Origin: Clostridia bacterium
GTDB taxonomy: Bacteria; Bacillota; Clostridia; Oscillospirales; CAG-272
Reading direction: 5' to 3'
DNA length: 42,774 bases
Assembly (NCBI GenBank): GCA_017501005.1
Contig: JAFVXT010000061.1
Coordinates: 1-42,774, forward strand
Positions 1 to 10,174 of this stretch are shown here, one piece after another. Below the pieces are notes generated by a model. That model saw nothing but the letters and a program-made list of their open reading frames with translations, was not told where the DNA came from and searched no databases. Position 1 is the first letter of the stretch. Each line of letters begins with the position of its first letter. Position numbers and translations under genes: made by a program.

Positions 1-41
1 CTGTATTGGTGCTTGAGTTGATGATGAAATATCTTTTATAA
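1..41 (+). CDS. 3' end (last 13 codons plus TAA) of a plus-strand AzlD-like CDS truncated by the window edge
   Basis: The frame ending at TAA 39-41 reads ..VLVLELMMKYLL*. This is identical to the C-terminus of the minus-strand AzlD at 434-748. Nucleotides 1-66 are the reverse complement of 409-474. Only 13 codons are visible. Confidence 0.4.
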   Translation, partial: VLVLELMMKYLL

Positions 42-66
42 ACAAAACCTCGGCTTAGCGTGATAC
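1..66. repeat. Left arm of a 66-bp inverted repeat (partner 409-474)
   Basis: The reverse complement of 1-66 matches 409-474 with one mismatch (position 42 vs 433, the base just after each stop codon). The arm may continue beyond the window start. Confidence 0.9.
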
Positions 67-87
67 TCCGTTAAAAGTATCACGCAG

Positions 88-259
88 TCAAATCCGTCTT
101 TGACGGGCGAAATCCACCTATGGTGGATGAAATCGCTTCCGCGATGAAATCCTGCTTCGCATGGTTGTATTTTAGACGGATTTGATTTCATCCAAGGCGT
201 GTCTTGGATTTCATCTGAACGAAGTGAAGATTTCATCGTTGCTCTGCAACGATTTCATG
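88..259. repeat. Array of about 9 heptad/nonamer motifs interleaved with short hairpins; GATGAAATC-type in the left half, GATTTCATC-type in the right half
   Basis: Plus-orientation copies: CAAATC at 89-94, CGAAATC at 108-114, GATGAAATC at 126-134 and 143-151. Inverted copies: GGATTT at 178-183, GATTTCATC at 184-192, 207-215 and 229-237, GATTTCATG at 251-259. Spacing is 17-23 bp. Hairpins between motifs: 110-127 ATCCACC/GGTGGAT, 132-145 ATCGC/GCGAT, 190-209 ATCCAAG/CTTGGAT, 235-253 ATCGTTGC/GCAACGAT. Confidence 0.85.
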
Positions 260-408
260 AAACCAACAGAAAAAAGAGATAACATCTCGGCTGCAAACCG
301 ATTTGTTATCTCTTTCTGTCGTTATAAGGGTTTGGGCTTAGCCCATAAAGTATTCGACCAGACAAATGCGATGCTCGCACTTAGCAATATTTTCAAACTC
401 CGTTAATA

Positions 409-474
409 GTATCACGCTAAGCCGAGGTTTTGCTTATAAAAGATATTTCATCATCAACTCAAGCACCAATACAG
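409..474. repeat. Right arm of the 66-bp inverted repeat (partner 1-66); overlaps the azlD 3' end
   Basis: See the left arm. It covers the last 13 codons and stop of azlD (434-474) plus 25 nt downstream (409-433). Confidence 0.9.
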
Positions 475-748
475 TGACACAGCAAGTGACAGCTACGGTA
501 AAGAGCTTTGCGCCGAACCATGCAAGCAATACGCCGATCACAAGTGCACAGATGCCCGCGATCGGTTGATCGGTTGCGTGCATGATGGCGGGGAAGGTCA
601 TCACCGCCAGCGTGACGTAGGGCACGTAATAAAGAAAGGAACGGATAAAGCGGTTCTTGATTTTGCGGCGGATCAGCGTCAGGGGCAGGACGCGGACGAG
701 GTAGGTGACCGCGAACATGATGAAAATGTAGATATAGGTTTTACTCAT
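434..748 (-). CDS. azlD: Branched-chain amino acid transport protein AzlD
   Basis: Small hydrophobic protein of about 104 aa (MSKTYIYIFIMFAVTYLVRVLPL...) immediately downstream of azlC. Its ATG at 748 overlaps the azlC stop. The ORF-track start at 796 is probably too far upstream. Confidence 0.75.
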   Translation of the reverse strand: MSKTYIYIFIMFAVTYLVRVLPLTLIRRKIKNRFIRSFLYYVPYVTLAVMTFPAIMHATDQPIAGICALVIGVLLAWFGAKLFTVAVTCCVTVLVLELMMKYLL

Positions 749-1499
749 CGGCCGATTCCTCCTCATCGTCGTTGCGCGGGAATACGAGGGCGGCAAATGC
801 CGAGATTGATACCGTCAGAATGATGATGCGAATGCCCTCGGAGAGAGCTTTGAGATAGGGAAGCGCCGAAAAGGCGAAGCTGAAGGCAAAGCTGACGAGA
901 ACCAGAGCGGCAATCACGCGGTTTTTGCGTGCGGGGGGAATGATGATGGCAATGAACATACCGTAAAGTGCGACGCTGAGTGCGCTGACGACGTTTGACG
1001 GCAGAATGTTGCCCATGGCCACACCGAGCGCCGTGCCGAACGCCCAACCGGGCAAGGCAAGGAGCATGGCGCCGTAGACGTAGCGAGGCGGCAGAGGATA
1101 CGGATGCGCCACAGAAATGGCGAAGATCTCGTCGGTGACGTCATAGCCAATGAAGAAGCGGTGGTAAAAGGGCATAGAAGAGGAAAAACGCTGGCTGAGC
1201 GAGCAGCTCATCAAAAGATAGCGGCAGTTGGTGATGAAGGTCAGCAGAGCCACCTCGATGTAAGAGGCATTGGCGGCAATCAGAAGAAAGCCCGCGTATT
1301 CGCCGGCCGAGGCATTGTTGAGCAGGCTGGCAAGAAAGCCCTGAAAAATAGTCAGCCCCGCATTTCTGGCGGCAATGCCCAGCGAAAAGGAGACGGCAAA
1401 ATAGCCGAGCGCAATGGGCAGTCCGTCACGCATACCGCGCCGAAGGGAGGAGGCGGGGGAGATCGGTTCGTTTGGTTTCATATTGATATTCCGTTTCAC
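741..1499 (-). CDS. azlC: AzlC family branched-chain amino acid permease
   Basis: 252-aa polytopic membrane ORF with an N-terminal GxRDGLPIALGYFAVSFSLG motif typical of AzlC, paired with azlD. The start is uncertain (GTG 1499 or ATG 1481). Confidence 0.75.
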   Translation of the reverse strand: MKRNINMKPNEPISPASSLRRGMRDGLPIALGYFAVSFSLGIAARNAGLTIFQGFLASLLNNASAGEYAGFLLIAANASYIEVALLTFITNCRYLLMSCSLSQRFSSSMPFYHRFFIGYDVTDEIFAISVAHPYPLPPRYVYGAMLLALPGWAFGTALGVAMGNILPSNVVSALSVALYGMFIAIIIPPARKNRVIAALVLVSFAFSFAFSALPYLKALSEGIRIIILTVSISAFAALVFPRNDDEEESADE

Positions 1500-1667
1500 T
1501 TTTTTGAATCATTGACAACGGAGAATATTATAGCGCATTTTCCCGATTTTGTCAACTTGTATTTTGTTTTTCGGGCAGTTTTGAGAGGCGATGCTTCCTT
1601 TTCTTGCGTGAAAGAAAACAAAAAACAAAAAAAGATGAAAAAAAGTTCAAATATTTTGAAAAAACAC

Positions 1668-1696
1668 TTGAATTTTCAAAACAAATGTGTTATGAT
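1668..1696 (+). promoter_or_regulatory. Sigma-A type promoter candidate for rpsT
   Basis: TTGAAT (1668-1673), a 17-nt spacer, then TATGAT (1691-1696), about 75 nt upstream of the rpsT ATG. Confidence 0.5.
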
Positions 1697-1771
1697 AAGT
1701 AATGTATGAAATCACGGCGTCAGCGGACCCTCTCAGCCGCAGACGTGGAAAATTTGACAGGAGGAAGAGAA

Positions 1772-2035
1772 ATGCCGAATATCAAGTCTGCGAAAAAGCG
1801 TGTGAAAGTCACCGCTGTGAAGTCCCTGTACAACCAGATGTTCAAGAGCCGTATGCGTACTCTTATCAAGAAGTATGATGCTGCCCTCGCATCCGGTGAT
1901 AAGGCTGCGGCGCAGGAAGCATACAAGGCTGCCGTGAAAGCAATCGACCAGGCAGTCAGCCGCGGAATCATTCATAAGAATAACGCCGCACGGAAGAAGA
2001 GCAGTTTCACTGTAAAACTCAATACGATGGCGTAA
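1772..2035 (+). CDS. rpsT: 30S ribosomal protein S20
   Basis: MPNIKSAKKRVKV... N-terminus, 87 aa, basic, with an AGGAGG-like SD upstream of ATG 1772. Confidence 0.95.
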   Translation: MPNIKSAKKRVKVTAVKSLYNQMFKSRMRTLIKKYDAALASGDKAAAQEAYKAAVKAIDQAVSRGIIHKNNAARKKSSFTVKLNTMA

Positions 2036-4845
<2,810 letters not shown>

Positions 4846-4861
4846 GACAAAAAAGACGATT

Positions 4862-4910
4862 GATCCGCATATAATGCAATTGAGCTTGCATGATGTGCGG
4901 ATCTTTTTTT
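4862..4910 (+). terminator. Rho-independent terminator
   Basis: Imperfect hairpin GATCCGCA...TGCGGATC (4862-4903) followed by T7 (4904-4910). Confidence 0.7.
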
Positions 4911-4942
4911 CGTGCAAATGCGTATTTTTTCGGAGGTGTCTT

Positions 4943-5650
4943 ATGGCGTACGGCTTTTATGATTTCGCGTTGAACTTCATTTATTTGTTGCTCGGCATCG
5001 GATCGGGACAGCATTTTCCGCCGCCGCTCGGTGCGCAGGAGGAAAAAAAGCTTTTCCTTGCATTGAAGGAAAAGCGTGATATGCAGGCACGTGCTAAGCT
5101 GATCGAGCATAATTTGCGTCTGGTGGCCCATATCGTGCGCAAGTATTATACGTCCTATCCCACGCCCGACGATCTCGTCTCGATCGGTACGCTCGGCCTG
5201 ATCAAGGCTATTGACAGCTTCAAATGCGAAAACGGTGCGAAATTTGCAACCTATGCCGCCAAATGTATTCAAAATGAGATACTGATGTTTTTCCGCTCGC
5301 AGAAAAAATTTTCCTGCGAGGTTTCCATGAATGAAACCATCGACGTCGACCGTGACGGCAATCCCTTGACGTATATGGACATCATTTCGGGAGAAGATAC
5401 CATCGTTGAAGATCTTGATATGAAGGTTCATACCGAGCGTGTGTTCGTTTTGATCCGCGACGTGCTTGACGAGCGCGAGCGGCGCATCATCGTCATGCGT
5501 TACGGACTCGGGGAAGCGCCGCCCTGCACGCAAAAGGAGGTTGCCAAAAGGCTCGGTATTTCGCGCTCCTACGTCAGCCGCATCGAAAAAAAAGCGCTTG
5601 AAAAATTAAAAAACAGCTTCGGGCCGCAAATTCCAACCTTTGATTCTTAA
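4943..5650 (+). CDS. sigK: Sporulation sigma factor, SigK-like (pro-sigma)
   Basis: GGAGGTG SD before ATG 4943. A pro-sequence is followed by HFPPPLGAQEEKKLF and LIEHNLRLVAHIVRKY, which matches my recollection of SigK better than SigE. Region 4 is GISRSYVSRIEKKAL. Confidence 0.8.
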   Translation: MAYGFYDFALNFIYLLLGIGSGQHFPPPLGAQEEKKLFLALKEKRDMQARAKLIEHNLRLVAHIVRKYYTSYPTPDDLVSIGTLGLIKAIDSFKCENGAKFATYAAKCIQNEILMFFRSQKKFSCEVSMNETIDVDRDGNPLTYMDIISGEDTIVEDLDMKVHTERVFVLIRDVLDERERRIIVMRYGLGEAPPCTQKEVAKRLGISRSYVSRIEKKALEKLKNSFGPQIPTFDS

Positions 5651-5763
5651 CGTATAGCCTTGAAGCGTTTTGGTAACACTATGTGCGCAACCAAACGTAG
5701 ATTCGGTTGCATACGCGGTGCAAATTCACCGCACGAAGAACAAAATGTAGGAGAAATACCGGT

Positions 5764-5982
5764 ATGATCATGGATAAAATTGCGCTGGTTTTAACCATCA
5801 TCGGCGCATTGAACTGGGGGAGCATCGGGCTCTTTTCCTTCGATCTCGTGGCATGGCTCTGCGGCGGTCAGACCGCGCTTGTCAGCCGTGTGATCTATAC
5901 GGTCATCGCGCTTGCGGGTGTTTGGTGCATTTCGCTCCTTTTCCGTTCCGAAGAGGACCGCGAGGACGCAAGAGACCGATAA
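5764..5982 (+). CDS. DUF378 family small membrane protein
   Basis: About 72 aa. The ...LVLTIIGALNWGSIGLFSFDLVAWLCGG... signature (GxLNWG) is typical of DUF378/YuzA-like proteins. Confidence 0.7.
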   Translation: MIMDKIALVLTIIGALNWGSIGLFSFDLVAWLCGGQTALVSRVIYTVIALAGVWCISLLFRSEEDREDARDR

Positions 5983-5985
5983 ATG

Positions 5986-6015
5986 AAAAAGCACAGCCAC
6001 GGCTGTGCTTTTTTT
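5986..6015. terminator. Bidirectional terminator between convergent genes
   Basis: AAAAAGCACAGCC-AC-GGCTGTGCTTTTT, a perfect 13-bp stem flanked by A- and T-runs. Confidence 0.85.
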
Positions 6016-6025
6016 ATGGGCATAG

Positions 6026-6766
6026 TTAAATCAACGGCTTGACGAAATCCATGATCGTATTGATCAGATCGTATTCGCCGTTTTCTTTTTTGAAGCGGCC
6101 TGCACAGTGTCCGCCGGGCAGCTCAACCATTGGAATTTTTGCCTCGGGGAAGAAGTGAGTGATTGCGCGGTGGAAGAGCCTGTTTTGCTCGGCACGGCAA
6201 AACATATCGTTTGAGTAGTAGATGAGAAGCAGGGGCGTAAGCGTGAGGCTTTCATCGACAAAATAGAGCGGTGCGCCTTCGTCAATGCGTTCAAGCTTTG
6301 TAGAAGCTCCGCGCTCGCGCAGGACGTTAAAGTGCGTGGTCAACTGGGCGGAATCCGAAATGAAGCCGGTGAAATCAGAGGATTTTAAGCCGTGTGCGGC
6401 AAGATAATGCTTGTCGCAGTAGAGCATCATGGTCAGATATGCACCTGCTGACGAGCCCGAAATAAAGATCTTATCATTGCCGCCATAGGTGGCAATGTTT
6501 TTCTTGATCCATGCGGCACTTTCTGCAGCATCTTCGATGAATTCGGGGAAGCGCGCCGTGGGATACATACGGTACTCAACCGAGGCAAAAGCAACGCCTT
6601 GCGAAGTCAACGCTTCTGCCAGCTCGGGATCCATTTTGCGGTTTCCGTTTTCAATACCGCCGCCATGGAAGAAGATCACAGTGGCGAAATTGTCGTGGTC
6701 GGGCAAATAGAAATTAATCAACGCATTTTCGCGCGCACTGTACGGAACGTCAAATACTGTTCTCAT
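6026..6766 (-). CDS. Alpha/beta hydrolase (esterase/lipase-like)
   Basis: HGGG oxyanion-hole motif (FFHGGGIENG) and GSSAG nucleophile elbow. 246 aa. Confidence 0.75.
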   Translation of the reverse strand: MRTVFDVPYSARENALINFYLPDHDNFATVIFFHGGGIENGNRKMDPELAEALTSQGVAFASVEYRMYPTARFPEFIEDAAESAAWIKKNIATYGGNDKIFISGSSAGAYLTMMLYCDKHYLAAHGLKSSDFTGFISDSAQLTTHFNVLRERGASTKLERIDEGAPLYFVDESLTLTPLLLIYYSNDMFCRAEQNRLFHRAITHFFPEAKIPMVELPGGHCAGRFKKENGEYDLINTIMDFVKPLI

Positions 6767-6797
6767 GATTGATTCCTTTTACGCTTGTCAATAAATT

Positions 6798-7100
6798 TTA
6801 TTTTTCGGCTTTCTTTTCAGCGCGAAGGTGCTTGAAGTAGAGGAAAAGGTCGGTGGTGACCATAATGAAATTCAAAACGTAGAATGCAAATACCCACCAT
6901 TTGAAGCCGGGCTGATCGCAAACGAGAAGCTTGCCAACGATGCCGGCTACGTAGCCGAAATCAATGAGAAGCAAAAAGGGCAGGCTCTTGCCTTTGGTGG
7001 AGCGGGTTTGCAGGGATTTGATGATGTTGAGCGGCCAGGAGCAGCCGAAGCTGATGATCATGATGGCCTCTAAAATCGGGGCAATGTCTGAAGGGTTCAT
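6798..7100 (-). CDS. Small 3-TM membrane protein, PQ-loop/SemiSWEET-like (tentative)
   Basis: 100 aa with three hydrophobic helices. SWPLNIIKSLQTRSTKGKS resembles the PQ-loop motif context. Confidence 0.4.
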   Translation of the reverse strand: MNPSDIAPILEAIMIISFGCSWPLNIIKSLQTRSTKGKSLPFLLLIDFGYVAGIVGKLLVCDQPGFKWWVFAFYVLNFIMVTTDLFLYFKHLRAEKKAEK

Positions 7101-7161
7101 ATGTTTTTTCCTTTCTTTTGTTTGCTATCATTTCCACATATTATAGCATAGCTTTTTTTTC

Positions 7162-7220
7162 TTGTCAAGCAATCTTTTTTTATATAGAATATTGCTTTTA
7201 TGTATGAAATCTGTTATAAT
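7162..7220 (+). promoter_or_regulatory. Two candidate sigma-A promoters upstream of the ABC operon
   Basis: TTGTCA (7162-7167), 17 nt, then TAGAAT (7185-7190). Also an extended -10, TGtTATAAT (7212-7220). Confidence 0.4.
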
Positions 7221-7291
7221 ATAATTTGGTATTATATTTAGATTTTGAAAAAGCGTAAAAACGAGACTTTGCGCGGAAAGGGGTGTTTTTC

Positions 7292-9604
7292 TTGAAAAAG
7301 TGGGAAATACCTTTGGAGCTCGACCGATTGCCCCCCGATATTTTGAGTATTGCCGAGGAAAAAGGGATTCGGTACGAAGATATTCTGATCACATTTTATA
7401 CCGATAAAAATGCCGATTTCGGTGTGGCAGATACATACATTCTCGTGACCGGGCAACGCTTGCTTTCGGTGTGCGGTACGCGTGCCCTCGAAAAGAGAGT
7501 GGGGCGGCATTCCTACACGACCGAGCATTTGCGCGGCGTTTTTCACATTGATTCCATTGAAGAATATGCCCTTGATCAGCTGAAAAGCTTTCGTCTGACC
7601 GAGCATCTTTCGGGGGCGTCTTTGATTGTTGAAGGCGAAGAAGGGCCGCGCTTGCTTGCCGTGATGAGCGGCTTTTGCAAGCAATCGGCGCAGGTTTTCG
7701 TGCGCTATGCCAACCGTTTGCTCAAGGAAGGACGTGTGACGGTTGATGAAGAAGACCTTCCGAAAAATCATGCCTGCCCGACGTGTGGCATGCGTTATCC
7801 CGATAAAAACCGCCATATCTGTCCGCACTGTATGAAAAGAGGCTCGCTCTTCGGACGGATGCTGAAGTTCTTTTTCAAATACAAGGGCTATCTGATTGTC
7901 ACGCTCCTATCGCTTCTGGCAATGACCTTGCTTGGCACGCTCACCCCCTATCTTTCCTCGGGCTTTTTCTTTGACGAGGTGCTTGACGAGGGCGGCAGCT
8001 TCTACGGCCGGGTGGCATTTCTCCTCTTTTTGATTGTAGGGACTCGCCTCATCACCGCATTTTTTACAATGGTCAATAATTACGTGACCTCGGTCATTGC
8101 CGCACGTGTGGTCTACGACCTGAAAAAGGTGATTTTCGGCTCGATCGGGCGGCTCTCGCTCGGCTTTTTCACGGCACGGCAAACGGGCGGCCTTATGACG
8201 CAGGTCAACCGCGATTCCAATACCATTTACGAATTTTTCTGTGACGGTGTTCCGTATTTCATTGTCAACATCGTGCAGACGGTGGTGCTTGCCGTTCTTC
8301 TTTTCGTCATCAATCCCCTGCTGGCGCTTTGCTCACTTTGCACGGTACCGCTTTTTCTGTTCGTTATGAAATGGCTTTATAAGAATCAAAGTCGCTTGCA
8401 CGCACGTTGCTATTCGGGAAGCAGTCGGCTGAATTCTTTTCTTGCCGACGTTTTGTCGGGTATTCGTGTGGTCAAGGCCTTTTCGCGCGAGCAGGACGAG
8501 ATCGGTCGATTTGACGAGCGCAACCGCCGTGTGGCCGAAAGCGATCGAAATCTCGCCGTTTACAACAACTACGTTTTTCCGCTGTCGTCGCTCATTTTGT
8601 ATGCGGGCAATATCATTGCCTGGGCAGTTGGCGGCTTTATGGTCATGAAGGGCATAGGCGGTATGACCTACGGCTCGCTTCTGACCTTTATCGCATACAT
8701 CAATATGATTTATACGCCAATGAACTTTTTCGTGACCATGGTCAACCGCACGGCCGATTGCAGTAACGCCATGCAACGCCTTTTTGAGATCATGGACGCG
8801 CGTCCCGAGGTTTCGGAAAAGGAAAATCCTGTTCGTATTGAGAAATTCCGCGGCGACGTTACCTTCCGCGAGGTTGATTTTTCCTATAATAAGAGCCGCA
8901 AGGTGATCGATTCTGTCTCCTTTTCGGTGAAAGCGGGAGAGAGACTCGGCATTGTCGGCCATACGGGCGCGGGGAAGAGCACGCTTGCCAATCTTCTGAT
9001 CCGCCTTTACGATACCGATTCCGGTGATATTCTCATCGACGGTTATTCGGTGCGCGATCTTGCTTTTGAGGATCTTTACCGCAATATCGCCATTGTTTCA
9101 CAGGAGACATATCTGTTTGTCGGCACCGTGCTCGACAATATTCGTTACGCTTGTCCCGATGCCACACCGCAAGAGGTCATCTCGGCCGCCAAGCTGGCAG
9201 GCTGCCACGATTTTATCATGAAAATGCCCGACGGCTACGAAACGCGCATTGGCTTTGGCTATAAGGACCTTTCGGGCGGCGAGCGCCAGCGCATTTCCAT
9301 TGCCCGCGCGATTTTGCGCGATCCGAAGATTCTGATTCTGGACGAAGCAACCGCCGCCATGGATACCGAAACCGAGCGGCGTATCCAAGAGGCCATTGAG
9401 CGGCTGACCGTTGGCAAAACCACGATCATGATCGCACACCGACTCTCGACCTTGCGAGAGGCCGATTTTCTTGTTGTCATTGAGGGCGGGCGTATTGCGG
9501 AGCGCGGCACACAGTCCGAGCTTCTTCAAAAAGAAGACGGTGTTTACCGCAAGCTCTATACCTTGCAGCAAGAGGCATTGAAAAATGCGGGCATTGCGGA
9601 ATGA
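7292..9604 (+). CDS. ABC exporter, fused permease/ATPase with a roughly 190-aa N-terminal cytoplasmic domain and zinc ribbon
   Basis: Walker A GHTGAGKST, signature LSGGERQR, Walker B ILILDEATAAMD, six-TM exporter domain. The N-terminal extension ends in CPTCG...CPHC. TTG 7292 has better SD spacing (GAAAGGGG) than the ORF-track GTG at 7283. Confidence 0.85.
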   Translation: MKKWEIPLELDRLPPDILSIAEEKGIRYEDILITFYTDKNADFGVADTYILVTGQRLLSVCGTRALEKRVGRHSYTTEHLRGVFHIDSIEEYALDQLKSFRLTEHLSGASLIVEGEEGPRLLAVMSGFCKQSAQVFVRYANRLLKEGRVTVDEEDLPKNHACPTCGMRYPDKNRHICPHCMKRGSLFGRMLKFFFKYKGYLIVTLLSLLAMTLLGTLTPYLSSGFFFDEVLDEGGSFYGRVAFLLFLIVGTRLITAFFTMVNNYVTSVIAARVVYDLKKVIFGSIGRLSLGFFTARQTGGLMTQVNRDSNTIYEFFCDGVPYFIVNIVQTVVLAVLLFVINPLLALCSLCTVPLFLFVMKWLYKNQSRLHARCYSGSSRLNSFLADVLSGIRVVKAFSREQDEIGRFDERNRRVAESDRNLAVYNNYVFPLSSLILYAGNIIAWAVGGFMVMKGIGGMTYGSLLTFIAYINMIYTPMNFFVTMVNRTADCSNAMQRLFEIMDARPEVSEKENPVRIEKFRGDVTFREVDFSYNKSRKVIDSVSFSVKAGERLGIVGHTGAGKSTLANLLIRLYDTDSGDILIDGYSVRDLAFEDLYRNIAIVSQETYLFVGTVLDNIRYACPDATPQEVISAAKLAGCHDFIMKMPDGYETRIGFGYKDLSGGERQRISIARAILRDPKILILDEATAAMDTETERRIQEAIERLTVGKTTIMIAHRLSTLREADFLVVIEGGRIAERGTQSELLQKEDGVYRKLYTLQQEALKNAGIAE

Positions 9605-9617
9605 GGAGGATTTTTTG

Positions 9618-10154
9618 ATGAAAACCGAAGTAAAAACAAAGGAAGGTGTCAGTAAAACCGAGATTCTGCATCTGACTCCGTCAAATGCCGCCTTTGTAAG
9701 ACGAAATTCTTTGCTTTCGCTTACCTTCACCGAAGAGGACGGCGGGCAAAGGGTGGAAAAGCGCGTGATTCTGAAGCGTGCGTTCCCCTTTGATATGCCG
9801 TGGCAGTATATTGCCGTGCTTGATGCACACGAACGCGAGATCGGCATGATCGAAGCTCTTTCGCTTTTTGATGCCGAGACCGAAGCACTTTTGCGCGAGG
9901 AGCTTGCGCGCATTTATTATACGCCGAAGATCCGAAGGATTTTGTCTATGAAGGAGCGGTACGGCTTTTCCTATTGGCAGGTGGATACCGATGACGGCGA
10001 TCTTTCCTTCACGGTGCAGGATACCTTCCGCAATCTGCTCCGTATCGGCGAAGACCGCTTGGCCATATTTGACGTTGACGGCAATCGCTTTGAAATCGAA
10101 AGCCTGGCAGCACTTGATCGCAAAAGCTATAAAAAAATAGAACTTTATCTTTGA
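9618..10154 (+). CDS. DUF1854 domain-containing protein
   Basis: 178 aa with a GAGGAGGA SD. It sits between two ABC exporter genes, the arrangement I recall for DUF1854. The family call is from memory of that arrangement and sequence style. Confidence 0.6.
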   Translation: MKTEVKTKEGVSKTEILHLTPSNAAFVRRNSLLSLTFTEEDGGQRVEKRVILKRAFPFDMPWQYIAVLDAHEREIGMIEALSLFDAETEALLREELARIYYTPKIRRILSMKERYGFSYWQVDTDDGDLSFTVQDTFRNLLRIGEDRLAIFDVDGNRFEIESLAALDRKSYKKIELYL

Positions 10155-10174
10155 TTGAAGGGAGGGGAAACGGT

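Noticed and set aside
36-406. Small ORFs 36-236 (minus) and 182-406 (plus) in the left-edge spacer
   Set aside because: They overlap each other across the motif/hairpin array. Their repetitive peptide patterns (SDEI, DFIH, KISS) are translations of the DNA repeat, and there is no SD. The region is better explained as non-coding.
4943-5650. Possible skin-like interruption of sigK
   Set aside because: The sigK reading frame is continuous from the pro-sequence through region 4, with no intervening element.
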